Shown here: positions 25,701 through 38,800 of the stretch, piece after piece | Layout: the number at the start of each line of letters is the position of its first letter | Numbering within the stretch: position 1 is the first letter of the stretch | Assembly: GCA_051362555.1 (NCBI GenBank) | Contig: CM120645.1 | Location: 17,546,001 to 17,610,000, forward strand | Direction: 5' to 3' | Source of the DNA: Lingula anatina | Lineage: Eukaryota; Animalia; Brachiopoda | Length of the DNA stretch: 64,000 bases | Translations under genes and position numbers: made by a program | Notes under the pieces: model-generated | Databases searched by the model: none | What the model was told of the DNA's origin: nothing | What the model saw: the letters and a program-made list of their open reading frames with translations, nothing else

Positions 25701-27840
25701 TAAATGTGAGAAAACTGAAAATGACATTGAAAAGACTGCCAATTCCATGGCTTAAAATAGTTAAATGTTAATAATTTTCACAAATCTTGTCTAATTTTTG
25801 TAAAATTTGGATAGATGATGTATAACAACAATACAAATCTGTGATAAGCTCATCAGTTGACTGTGTCTCATTTAAAAGATTTTTTTGGACAATAAATTTG
25901 AGAAAATTGAAAATGACACTGAGAAGACTGCAAAATGCGGTGCCTTAAAATAGTTAAACGTTAATAATTTTCACAAAACTTTTTCAATATTTGTGAAAGT
26001 TGGAGAGATGATGCTTAACAATAACAAAAATCTGTGATAAGCTTAACAGTTGACAGTGTGTGATAGAATTGTAGTTGATTGACATTTTGTATGCGAAGAG
26101 TGAGAATTATCTACAATATTTTTTTTTCAATTTCACAACATCTAATTAGACTCACATTAAACATCAAATATTATGATTTGAGTTTGTTTGTGTAAGAGGT
26201 GACAAATTACCCATAATTGTCCTCTGGAAAAGAATATATACCCATTTAAGACATCTCCTTACTACCAATACCAGATGCAGATTCCTCCTTACAATCGGTT
26301 TCTGGAATAGGGTTTAGCACACCATTTGACAATGTCCTAAAGCTTGCCATATACCATCTATTGTACACATGGATGAGACATAGCATTGCTCTTGCTGTTG
26401 TCTTTTGCTGTCTGTTTTTTCTATAGGAATTAGCCCTGACCAGACAGGAAGAATCAGTTCACCAAAAAAGCCATCACGCTGTATGGAAAAGGTCACCTGG
26501 AAAAAGAACAATATGTTTGATAAAAGTGAAAATTAAATTCTGAAAATTGACAAATTTCCCATACTTAAATATTTGAACAATAATTTTGATAAACTTAACC
26601 TAAACAGTTGACTATGTCTAATCAAAAGGACATTTTCAGAACATATTAATTTGAGAAATACTGAAAATGACATTGAAAAGACTGCCAAATTCCATGGCTT
26701 GAAATAGTTAAACGTTAATAATTTTCACAAATCTTGTCTAATATTTGTGAAATTTGGACAGATGATGCATAACAACGATAAAAATCTGTGATAAGCTCAT
26801 CAGTTGACTGTGTCTCATGAAAAAGATTTTTTTGGACAATTAATTTGAGAAAACTGAAAATAACACTGAAACGACTGCCAAATTCCATGGCTTAAAGTAG
26901 TTAAACGTTAATAATTTTCACAAATCTTGTCTTATATTTGTGAAATTTGGATAGATGATGCATAACAACAATAAAAATCTGTGATAAGCTCATCAAATGA
27001 CTGTGTCTCATAAAAAATATTTTTTTGGACAATAAAATTGAGAAAACAGAAAATGACATTGAAAAGACTGCAAAATGCGGTGCCTTAAAATAGTTAAACG
27101 TTAATAATTTTCACAAATCTTGTTCAAGATTTGTGAAATTTGGACAGATGATGCATAACAATAATAAAAATCTGTAATAAGCTAATCAGTTGACTATGTC
27201 TCATGAAAAACATTTTTCAGAGCATATAAATGTGAGAAAACTGAAAATGACATTGAAAAGACTGCCAAATTCCATGGCTTAAAATAGTTAAACGTTAATA
27301 ATTTTCACAAATCTTGTCTAATTTTTGTGAAATTTGGACAAATGATGTATAACAACAATACAAATCTGTGATAAGCTCATCAGTTGACTGTGTCTCATTT
27401 AAAAGATTTTTTTGGACAATAAATTTGAGAAAATTGAAAATGACACTGAGAAAACTGCAAAATGCGGTGCCTTAAAATAGTTAAACGTTAATAATTTTCA
27501 CAGATCTTTTTCAATATTTGTGAAAGTTGGAGAGATGATGCTTAACAATAACAAAAATCTGTGATAAGCTTAACAGTTGACAGTGTGTGATAGAATTGTA
27601 GTTGATTGACATTTTGTATGCGAAGAGTGAGAATTATCTACAATATTTTTTTTTCAATTTCACAACATCTAATTAGACTCACATTAAACATCAAATATTA
27701 TGATTTGAGTTTGTTTGTGTAAGAGGTGACAAATTACCCATAATTGTCCTCTGGAAAAGAATATATACCCATTTAAGACATCTCCTTACTACCAATACCA
27801 GATGCAGATTCCTCCTTACAATCGGTTTCTGGAATAGGGT

Positions 27841-30800
27841 TTAGCACACCATTTGACAATGTCCTAAAGCTTGCCATATACCATCTATTGTACACATGGA
27901 TGAGACATAGCATTGCTCTTGCTGTTGTCTTTTGCTGTCTGTTTTTTCTATAGGAATTAGCCCTGATCAGACAGGAAGAATCAGTTCACCAAAAAAGCCA
28001 TCACGCTGTATGGAAAAGGTCACCTGGAAAAAGAACAATATGTTTGATAAAAGTGAAAATTAAATTCTAAAAATTGACAAATTTCCCACACTTAAATATT
28101 TGAACAATAATTTTGATTAACTTAACCTAAACAGTTGACTATGTCTAATAAAAAGGACATTTTCAGAACATATTAATTTGAGAAATACTGAAAATGACAT
28201 TGAAAAGACTGCCAAATTCCATGGCTTGAAATAGTTAAACGTTAATAATTTTCACAAATCTTGTCCAATATTTGTGAAATTTGGACAGATGATACATAAC
28301 AATAATAAAAATCTGTGATAAGCTCATCAGTTGACTGCGTCTCATGAAAAACATTTTTTAAAGCATATAAATGTGAGAAAACTGAAAATGACATTGAAAA
28401 GACTGCCAAATTCCATGGCTTGAAATAGTTAAACGTTAATAATTTTCACAAATCTTGTCTAATATTTGTGAAATTTGGACAGATGATGCATAACAACAAT
28501 AAAAATCTGTGATAAGCTCATCAGTTGACTGTGTCTCATGAAAAAGATTTTTTTGGACAATTAATTTGAGAAAACTGAAAATAACACTGAAACGACTGCC
28601 AAATTCCATGGCTGAAAATAGTTAAACGTTAATAATTTTCACAAATCTTGTCTAATATTTGTGAAATTTGGATAGATGATGCATAACAATAATAAAAATC
28701 TGTGATAAGCTCATCAGTTGACTGCGTCTCATGAAAAACATTTTTTAAAGCATATAAAAGTGAGAAAACTGAAAATGACATTGAAAAGCCTGCAAAATTC
28801 CATGGCTTAAAATAGTTAAATGTTAATAATTTTCACAAATCTTGTCTAATATTTGTGAAATTTGGATAGATGATGCATAACAACAATAAAAATCTGTGAT
28901 AAGCTCATCAGTTGACTGTGTCTCATGAAAAAGATTTTTTTTTGGACAATTATTTTGAGAAAACTGAAAATAACACTGAAACGACTGCCAAATTCCATGG
29001 CTTAAAATAGTTAAACATTAATAATTTTCACAAATCTTGTCTTATATTTGTAAAATTTGGATAGATGATGCATAACAACAATAAAAATCTGTGATAAGCT
29101 CATCAAATGACTGTGTCTCATAAAAAATATTTTTTTGGACAATAAAATTGAGAAAACAGAAAATGACATTGAAAAGACTGCAAAATGCGGTGCCTTAAAA
29201 TAGTTAAACGTTAATAATTTTCACAAATCTTGTTCAAGATTTGTGAAATTTGGACAGATGATGCATAACAATAATAAAAATCTGTAATAAGCTCATCAGT
29301 TGACTATGTCTCATGAAAAACATTTTTCAGAGCATATAAATGTGAGAAAACTGAAAATGACATTGAAAAGACTGCCAAATTCCATGGCTTAAAATAGTTA
29401 AACATTAATAATTTTCACAAATCTTGTCTAATTTTTGTGAAATTTGGACAAATGATGTATAACAACAATACAAATCTGTGATAAGCTCATCAGTTGACTG
29501 TGTCTCATTTAAAAGATTTTTTTGGACAATAAATTTGAGAAAATTGAAAATGACACTGAGAAGACTGCAAAATGCGGTGCCTTAAAATAGTTAAACGTTA
29601 ATAATTTTCACAAAACTTTTTCAATATTTGTGAAAGTTGGAGAGATGATGCTTAACAATAACAAAAATCTGTGATAAGCTTAACAGTTGACAGTGTGTGA
29701 TAGAATTGTAGTTGATTGACATTTTGTATGCGAAGAGTGAGAATTATCTACAATATTTTTTTTTCAATTTCACAACATCTAATTAGACTCACATTAAACA
29801 TCAAATATTATGATTTGAGTTTGTTTGTGTAAGAGGTGACAAATTACCCATAATTGTCCTCTGGAAAAGAATATATACCCATTTAAGACATCTCCTTACT
29901 ACCAATACCAGATGCAGATTCCTCCTTACAATCGGTTTCTGGAATAGGGTTTAGCACACCATTTGACAATGTCCTAAAGCTTGCCATATACCATCTATTG
30001 TACACATGGATGAGACATAGCATTGCTCTTGCTGTTGTCTTTTGCTGTCTGTTTTTTCTATAGGAATTAGCCCTGATCAGACAGGAAGAATCAGTTCACC
30101 AAAAAAGCCATCACGCTGTATGGAAAAGGTCACCTGGAAAAAGAACAATATGTTTGATAAAAGTGAAAATTAAATTCTAAAAATTGACAAATTTCCCACA
30201 CTTAAATATTTGAACAATAATTTTGATTAACTTAACCTAAACAGTTGACTATGTCTAATAAAAAGGACATTTTCAGAACATATTAATTTGAGAAATACTG
30301 AAAATGACATTGAAAAGACTGCCAAATTCCATGGCTTGAAATAGTTAAACGTTAATAATTTTCACAAATCTTGTCCAATATTTGTGAAATTTGGACAGAT
30401 GATACATAACAATAATAAAAATCTGTGATAAGCTCATCAGTTGACTGCGTCTCATGAAAAACATTTTTTAAAGCATATAAATGTGAGAAAACTGAAAATG
30501 ACATTGAAAAGACTGCCAAATTCCATGGCTTGAAATAGTTAAACGTTAATAATTTTCACAAATCTTGTCTAATATTTGTGAAATTTGGACAGATGATGCA
30601 TAACAACAATAAAAATCTGTGATAAGCTCATCAGTTGACTGTGTTTCATGAAAAAGATTTTTTTGGACAATTAATTTGAGAAAACTGAAAATAACACTGA
30701 AACGACTGCCAAATTCCATGGCTGAAAATAGTTAAACGTTAATAATTTTCACAAATCTTGTCTAATATTTGTGAAATTTGGATAGATGATGCATAACAAT

Positions 30801-32060
30801 AATAAAAATCTGTGATAAGCTCATCAGTTGACTGCGTCTCATGAAAAACATTTTTTAAAGCATATAAATGTGAGAAAACTGAAAATGACATTGAAAAGCC
30901 TGCAAAATTCCATGGCTTAAAATAGTTAAACGTTAATAATTTTCACAAATCTTGTCTAATATTTGTGAAATTTGGATAGATGATGCATAACAACAATAAA
31001 AATCTGTGATAAGCTCATCAGTTGACTGTGTCTCATGAAAAAGATTTTTTTTTGGACAATTATTTTGAGAAAACTGAAAATAACACTGAAACGACTGCCA
31101 AATTCCATGGCTTAAAATAGTTAAACATTAATAATTTTCACAAATCTTGTCTTATATTTGTAAAATTTGGATAGATGATGCATAACAACAATAAAAATCT
31201 GTGATAAGCTCATCAAATGACTGTGTCTCATAAAAAATATTTTTTTGGACAATAAAATTGAGAAAACAGAAAATGACATTGAAAAGACTGCAAAATGCGG
31301 TGCCTTAAAATAGTTAAACGTTAATAATTTTCACAAATCTTGTTCAAGATTTGTGAAATTTGGACAGATGATGCATAACAATAATAAAAATCTGTAATAA
31401 GCTCATCAGTTGACTATGTCTCATGAAAAACATTTTTCAGAGCATATAAATGTGAGAAAACTGAAAATGACATTGAAAAGACTGCCAAATTCCATGGCTT
31501 AAAATAGTTAAACGTTAATAATTTTCACAAATCTTGTCTAATATTTGTGAAATTTGGATAGATGATGTATAACAACAATACAAATCTGTGATAAGCTCAT
31601 CAGTTGACTGTGTCTCATTTAAAAGATTTTTTTGGACAATAAATTTGAGAAAATTGAAAATGACACTGAGAAGACCGCAAAATGCGGTGCCTTAAAATAG
31701 TTAAACGTTAATAATTTTCACAAAACTTTTTCAATATTTGTGAAAGTTGGAGAGATGATGCTTAACAATAACAAAAATCTGTGATAAGCTTAACAGTTGA
31801 CAGTGTGTGATAGAATTGTAGTTGATTGACATTTTGTATGCGAAGAGTGAGAATTATCTACAATATTTTTTTTTCAATTTCACAACATCTAATTAGACTC
31901 ACATTAAACATCAAATATTATGATTTGAGTTTGTTTGTGTAAGAGGTGACAAATTACCCATAATTGTCCTCTGGAAAAGAATATATACCCATTTAAGACA
32001 TCTCCTTACTACCAATACCAGATGCAGATTCCTCCTTACAATCGGTTTCTGGAATAGGGT
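27841..32060. repeat. Consecutive 2110-bp units (spacer + 8 monomers); the same unit type starts at 15550 and 39363
   Basis: Landmarks 27841, 29951 and 32061 are 2110 bp apart. Shared variants: ctgatcagac, ggctgaaaata, aaagcctgc, caattattttgag. Confidence 0.9.
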
Positions 32061-33680
32061 TTAGCACACCATTTGACAATGTCCTAAAGCTTGCCATATA
32101 CCATCTATTGTACACATGGATGAGACATAGCATTGCTCTTGCTGTTGTCTTTTGCTGTCTGTTTTTTCTATAGGAATTAGCCCTGATCAGACAGGAAGAA
32201 TCAGTTCACCAAAAAAGCCATCACGCTGTATGGAAAAGGTCACCTGGAAAAAGAACAATATGTTTGATAAAAGTGAAAATTAAATTCTAAAAATTGACAA
32301 ATTTCCCACACTTAAATATTTGAACAATAATTTTGATTAACTTAACCTAAACAGTTGACTATGTCTAATAAAAAGGACATTTTCAGAACATATAAATTTG
32401 AGAAATACTGAAAATGACATTGAAAAGACTGCCAAATTCCATGGCTTGAAATAGTTAAACGTTAATAATTTTCACAAATCTTGTCCAATATTTGTGAAAT
32501 TTGGACAGATGATACATAACAATAATAAAAATCTGTGATAAGCTCATCAGTTGACTGCGTCTCATGAAAAACATTTTTTAAAGCATATAAATGTGAGAAA
32601 ACTGAAAATGACATTGAAAAGACTGCCAAATTCCATGGCTTGAAATAGTTAAACGTTAATAATTTTCACAAATCTTGTCTAATATTTGTGAAATTTGGAC
32701 AGATGATGCATAACAACAATAAAAATCTGTGATAAGCTCATCAGTTGACTGTGTTTCATGAAAAAGATTTTTTTGGACAATTAATTTGAGAAAACTGAAA
32801 ATAACACTGAAACGACTGCCAAATTCCATGGCTGAAAATAGTTAAACGTTAATAATTTTCACAAATCTTGTCTAATATTTGTGAAATTTGGATAGATGAT
32901 GCATAACAATAATAAAAATCTGTGATAAGCTCATCAGTTGACTGCGTCTCATGAAAAACATTTTTTAAAGCATATAAATGTGAGAAAACTGAAAATGACA
33001 TTGAAAAGCCTGCAAAATTCCATGGCTTAAAATAGTTAAACGTTAATAATTTTCACAAATCTTGTCTAATATTTGTGAAAGTTGGAGAGATGATGCTTAA
33101 CAATAACAAAAATCTGTGATAAGCTTAACAGTTGACAGTGTGTGATAGAATTGTAGTTGATTGACATTTTGTATGCGAAGAGTGAGAATTATCTACAATA
33201 TTTTTTTTTCAATTTCACAACATCTAATTAGACTCACATTAAACATCAAATATTATGATTTGAGTTTGTTTGTGTAAGAGGTGACAAATTACCCACAATT
33301 GTCCTCTGGAAAAGAATATATACCCACTTAAGACATCTCCTTACTACCAATACCAGATGCAGATTCCTCCTTACAATCGGTTTCTGGAATAGGGTTTAGC
33401 ACACCATTTGACAATGTCCTAAAGCTTGCCATATACCATCTATTGTACACATGGATGAGACATAGCATTGCTCTTGCTGTTGTCTTTTGCTGTCTGTTTT
33501 TTCTATAGGAATTAGCCCTGACCAGACAGGAAGAATCAGTTCACCAAAAAAGCCATCACGCTGTATGGAAAAGGTCAGCTGGAAAAAGAACAATATGTTT
33601 GATAAAAGTGAAAATTAAATTCTAAAAATTGACAAATTTCCCACACTTAAATATTTGAACAATAATTTTGATAAACTTAA

Positions 33681-35805
33681 GGGGACTAATAGTAAAAGGA
33701 CCAAAGTCATAGAAACAAAGCCCTGGGCTTATAAGTTTTTATAAAAAATTAAAACAAACTTCCCAAAAGGCCAATTAAAGACGGGGATTAAGTACAGTGT
33801 CCAAAGGATGACGCTATAGCGCCAATTTTAGGGGAAAAATGCCGTTTTCGGAATTGGGATTTTCTCTATAACCAAGACAGCTATTCAAGTGATTCAAAAG
33901 GCCTCATAAAGCTGGATGAAAGCACTTCAGCGCGGTACCAGGGAATTGTCTTAAACTATTTACTTTTGATTTTATCATCTTTTACGTTAAATTACCCCAT
34001 ATTTCAATGGGTTATTCACTTCAAAAGACGATAACTTTCAAACTAACAATTTCCTCTTAAACCCCTGACATCATGCTGTAGTCCACATTCCCAACAACAA
34101 TAGGTGCAACTTTTGTAACGATCGGTTGCTCAGATAGTGAGATATACTTGACAGCGATTCACTTATCTCGTCAATATAGAAAGCTGTTAAAACAGCCAAA
34201 AACGTTCACAGGTTGGTCAACAGAGCTTATTAGTCAAATGCTTAGCTGGCAAATTTACCTGTTATCGGTTATACGATCAGGTGGAACCATTGCTCATTGT
34301 CATCTAAAAATATTTTGTTTGGGTGCTTTGAAAGGGCAGAAAATCGTGCTTTTGTTACATTTTCCGACCACTCGTTAGGCCTGTAAGCGTGCCGCCATTT
34401 TGATTGACAGCTCTGGAGACGGCCCTAGCCTAGTGATGCCCAGTAGGGTGTCAAGGATATGTAGTAGGAAGTGCTAACAAAGGCGATTACGTTTAACCAC
34501 AATTAAGAGGTGTGAAGTTGCATTTGAACGTTTTAATGGCTTTTCCTCGGCAATCGAGTAATTTTACCTGAGAGATTCCTTTTCTGTTATCGGCAAAGTG
34601 ATCAGATAAAACTGTCGAGAGCAAGTGGCCGTCACTTGTGTTAATACGAGTTTTTTGACGGGTAACGCTGCAGGATTATTTTGCACGGCACTTGGTAATC
34701 GTCAGATCAACGGAAAAATCCAGTGATTACTTCAGAGCGGTATCTCTCAAAATGCCAGCTAAGATAAAGGGGAGACACTCAGCTGCACAAGATTCAGCGG
34801 TAAAAGTGGCTGAGAGAAGGCTTTTGAATAAATATTTTATTTTTACACACGACACTTAGATCATATTTGCGTTTTACCTGCTAGTCTTGACTATTCTCGG
34901 GGTCTTTTTGTGATTTTCATTTTTGGATACATTTTGAACTCTTTCTTCACGCTTGATCAGTGATTTTGAAATTGTTTTTCTACAAACATCGCAAAATGCA
35001 AAGCCGCTAACATGCGTTTTTATTTTTATTGTTTTAATCATGCTGTCAACCCTTGCTTGGATTTCTCTCGTTTGGCCATTCACATCACAGTTTTTCGCGT
35101 GTCTCTCAAGCTCCATGATATCATATCTTGGAGAATAAAATTTTATTTTGTCAATATTAGATTTACCTTTTGCAAACGGCGACCAACAATCATTTCCGGT
35201 TTCGTAACGTGTCGCAGATGCGCTCGCCGATATACATCGCAAAAATTAAGAGCTAGGCTAAAAGTATCCTTTTTAGCGTTTTTTTTATTAATCGATTTTT
35301 CTTTCATTTGTCAATTAATTTAGCCGATTCGATTAACTCTTTCACCCATTTATTAGGTATACAGAAATCAGTCATCCGACTGAACAAATAGGGCCGGTTT
35401 CCCCAACCGCCACGCATAGGTCCTACTCTCTTTCAAAATTTTCTTTCTTTCCTCTGGAAATGGACTTTTAACACGAACTTTTCTCTTCCCCATAGTGTAC
35501 TAGCTAGACTTCTTCGCTGCTAAGCTGATGTAAGACTTATGACCTATTACCGCACACGTAATCGGCTTATAACTCATTAACTGTGCTCCAACCCCCTCAT
35601 GGCAACGGCCCTTAGTAACAGAGGCGTGGCTTAGTTGTCAGCCTGATTGGGGCGCGTGCCGGTTGAAAAACTCATCAAAAGACACATTTTGCGATGCAAT
35701 TTAATAAAAATTATTACATCCAAAGTTAGATACTTTTTTGATTAATATAAACACACAAAAAACTCAAAAACATGATTTTAAGCGTAGTTAACCCTATCAC
35801 CGGCC
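33681..35805. mobile_element. Kolobok-like TTAA element, copy 3 (2125 bp)
   Basis: TTAA at 33677-33680 and 35806-35809; only a few SNPs relative to copies 1 and 2. Confidence 0.8.
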
Positions 35806-38800
35806 TTAACCTAAACAGTTGACTATGTCTAATAAAAAGGACATTTTCAGAACATATTAATTTGAGAAATACTGAAAATGACATTGAAAAGACTGCCAAA
35901 TTCCATGGCTTGAAATAGTTAAACGTTAATAATTTTCACAAATCTTGTCTAATATTTGTGAAATTTGGACAGATGATGCATAACAACAATAAAAATCTGT
36001 GATAAGCTCATCAGTTGACTGTGTCTCATGAAAAAGATTTTTTTTGGACAATTAATTTGAGAAAACTGAAAATAACACTGAAACGACTGCCAAATTCCAT
36101 GGCTTAAAATAGTTAAACGTTAATAATTTTCACAAATCTTGTCTAATATTTGTGAAATTTTGATAGATGATGCATAACAATAATAAAAATCTGTGATAAG
36201 CTCATCAGTTGACTGCGTCTCATGAAAAACATTTTATAAAGCATATAAATGTGAGAAAACTGAAAATGACATTGAAAAGACTGCAAAATTCCATGGCTTA
36301 AAATAGTTAAACGTTAATAATTTTCACAAATCTTGTCTAATTTTTGTGAAATTTGGATAGATGATGCATAACAACAATAAAAATCTGTGATAAGCTCATC
36401 AGTTGACTGTGTCTCATGAAAAAGATTTTTTTTTGGACAATTAATTTGAGAAAACTGAAAATAACACTGAAACGACTGCCAAATTCCATGGCTTAAAATA
36501 GTTAAACGTTAATAATTTTCACAAATCTTGTCTTATATTTGTGAAATTTGGATAGATGATGCATAACAACAATAAAAATCTGTGATAAGCTCATCAAATG
36601 ACTGTGTCTCATAAAAAATATTTTTTTGGACAATAAAATTGAGAAAACAGAAAATGACATTGAAAAGACTGCAAAATGCGGTGCCTTAAAATAGTTAAAC
36701 GTTAATAATTTTCACAAATCTTGTTCAAGATTTGTGAAATTTGGACAGATGATGCATAACAATAATAAAAATCTGTAATAAGCTCATCAGTTGACTATGT
36801 CTCATGAAAAACATTTTTCAGAGCATATAAATGTGAGAAAACTGAAAATGACATTGAAAAGACTGCCAAATTCCATGGCTTAAAATAGTTAAACGTTAAT
36901 AATTTTCACAAATCTTGTCTAATTTTTGTGAAATTTGGACAAATGATGTATAACAACAATACAAATCTGTGATAAGCTCATCAGTTGACTGTGTCTCATT
37001 TAAAAGTTTTTTTTGGACAATAAATTTGAGAAAATTGAAAATGACACTGAGAAGACTGCAAAATGCGGTGCCTTAAAATAGTTAAACGTTAATAATTTTC
37101 ACAAAACTTGTCTAATTTTTGTGAAAATTGGACAAATGATGTATAACAACAATACAAATCTGTGATAAGCTCATCAGTTGACTGTCTCATTTAAAAGATT
37201 TTTTTGGACAATAAATTTGAGAAAATTGAAAATGACACTGAGAAGACTGCAAAATGCGGTGCCTTAAAATAGTTAAACGTTAATAATTTTCACAAAACTT
37301 TTTCAATATTTGTGAAAGTTGGAGAGATGATGCTTAACAATAACAAAAATCTGTGATAAGCTTAACAGTTGACAGTGTGTGATAGAATTGTAGTTGATTG
37401 ACATTTTGTATGCGAAGAGTGAGAATTATCTACAATTTTTTTTTTCAATTTCACAACATCTAATTAGACTCCCATTAAACATCAAATATTATGATTTGAG
37501 TTTGTTTGTGTAAGAGGTGACAAATTACCCACAATTGTCCTCTGGAAAAGAATATATACCCATTTAAGACATCTCCTTACTACCAATACCAGATGCAGAT
37601 TCCTCCTTACAATCGGTTTCTGGAATAGGGTTTAGCACACCATTTGACAATGTCCTAAAGCTTGCCATATACCATCTATTGTACACATGGATGAGACATA
37701 GCATTGCTCTTGCTGTTGTCTTTTGCTGTCTGTTTTTTCTATAGGAATTAGCCCTGACCAGACAGGAAGAATCAGTTCACCAAAAAAGCCATCACGCTGT
37801 ATGGAAAAGGTCACCTGGAAAAAGAACAATATGTTTGATAAAAGTGAAAATTAAATTCTAAAAATTGACAACTTTCCCACACTAAAATATTTGAACAATA
37901 ATTTTGATAAACTTAACCTAAACAGTTGACTATGTCTAATAAAAAAGACATTTTCAGAACATATTAATTTGAGAAATACTGAAAATGACATTGAAAAGAC
38001 TGCCAAATTCCATGGCTTGAAATAGTTAAACGTTAATAATTTTCACAAATCTTGTCCAATATTTGTGAAATTTGGACAGATGATGCATAACAATAATAAA
38101 AATCTGTGATAAGCTCATCAGTTGACTGTGTCTCATGAAAAACATTTTTCAGAGCATATAAATGTGAGAAAACTGAAAATGACATTGAAAAGACTGCCAA
38201 ATTCCATGGCTTAAAATAGTTAAACGTTAATAATTTTCACAAATCTTGTCTAATTTTTGTGAAATTTGGATAGATGATGCATAACAACAATAAAAATCTG
38301 TGATAAGCTAATAGTCTAATATTTGTGAAATTTGGACAGATGATGCATAACAACGATAAAAATCTGTGATAAGCTCATCAGTTGACTGTGTCTCATGAAA
38401 AAGATTTTTTTGGACAATTAATTTGAGAAAACTGAAAATAACACTGAAACGACTGCCAAATTCCATGGCTTAAAGTAGTTAAACGTTAATAATTTTCACA
38501 AATCTTGTCTTATATTTGTGAAATTTGGATAGATGATGCATAACAACAATAAAAATCTGTGATAAGCTCATCAGTTGACTGCGTCTCATGAAAAACATTT
38601 TTTAAAGCATATAAATGTGAGAAAACTGAAAATGACATTGAAAAGACTTCCAAATTCCATGGCTTGAAATAGTTAAACGTTAATAATTTTCACAAATCTT
38701 GTCTAATATTTGTGAAATTTGGACAGATGATGCATAACAACGATAAAAATCTGTGATAAGCTCATCAGTTGACTGTGATAAGACTGCAAAATGCGGTGCC

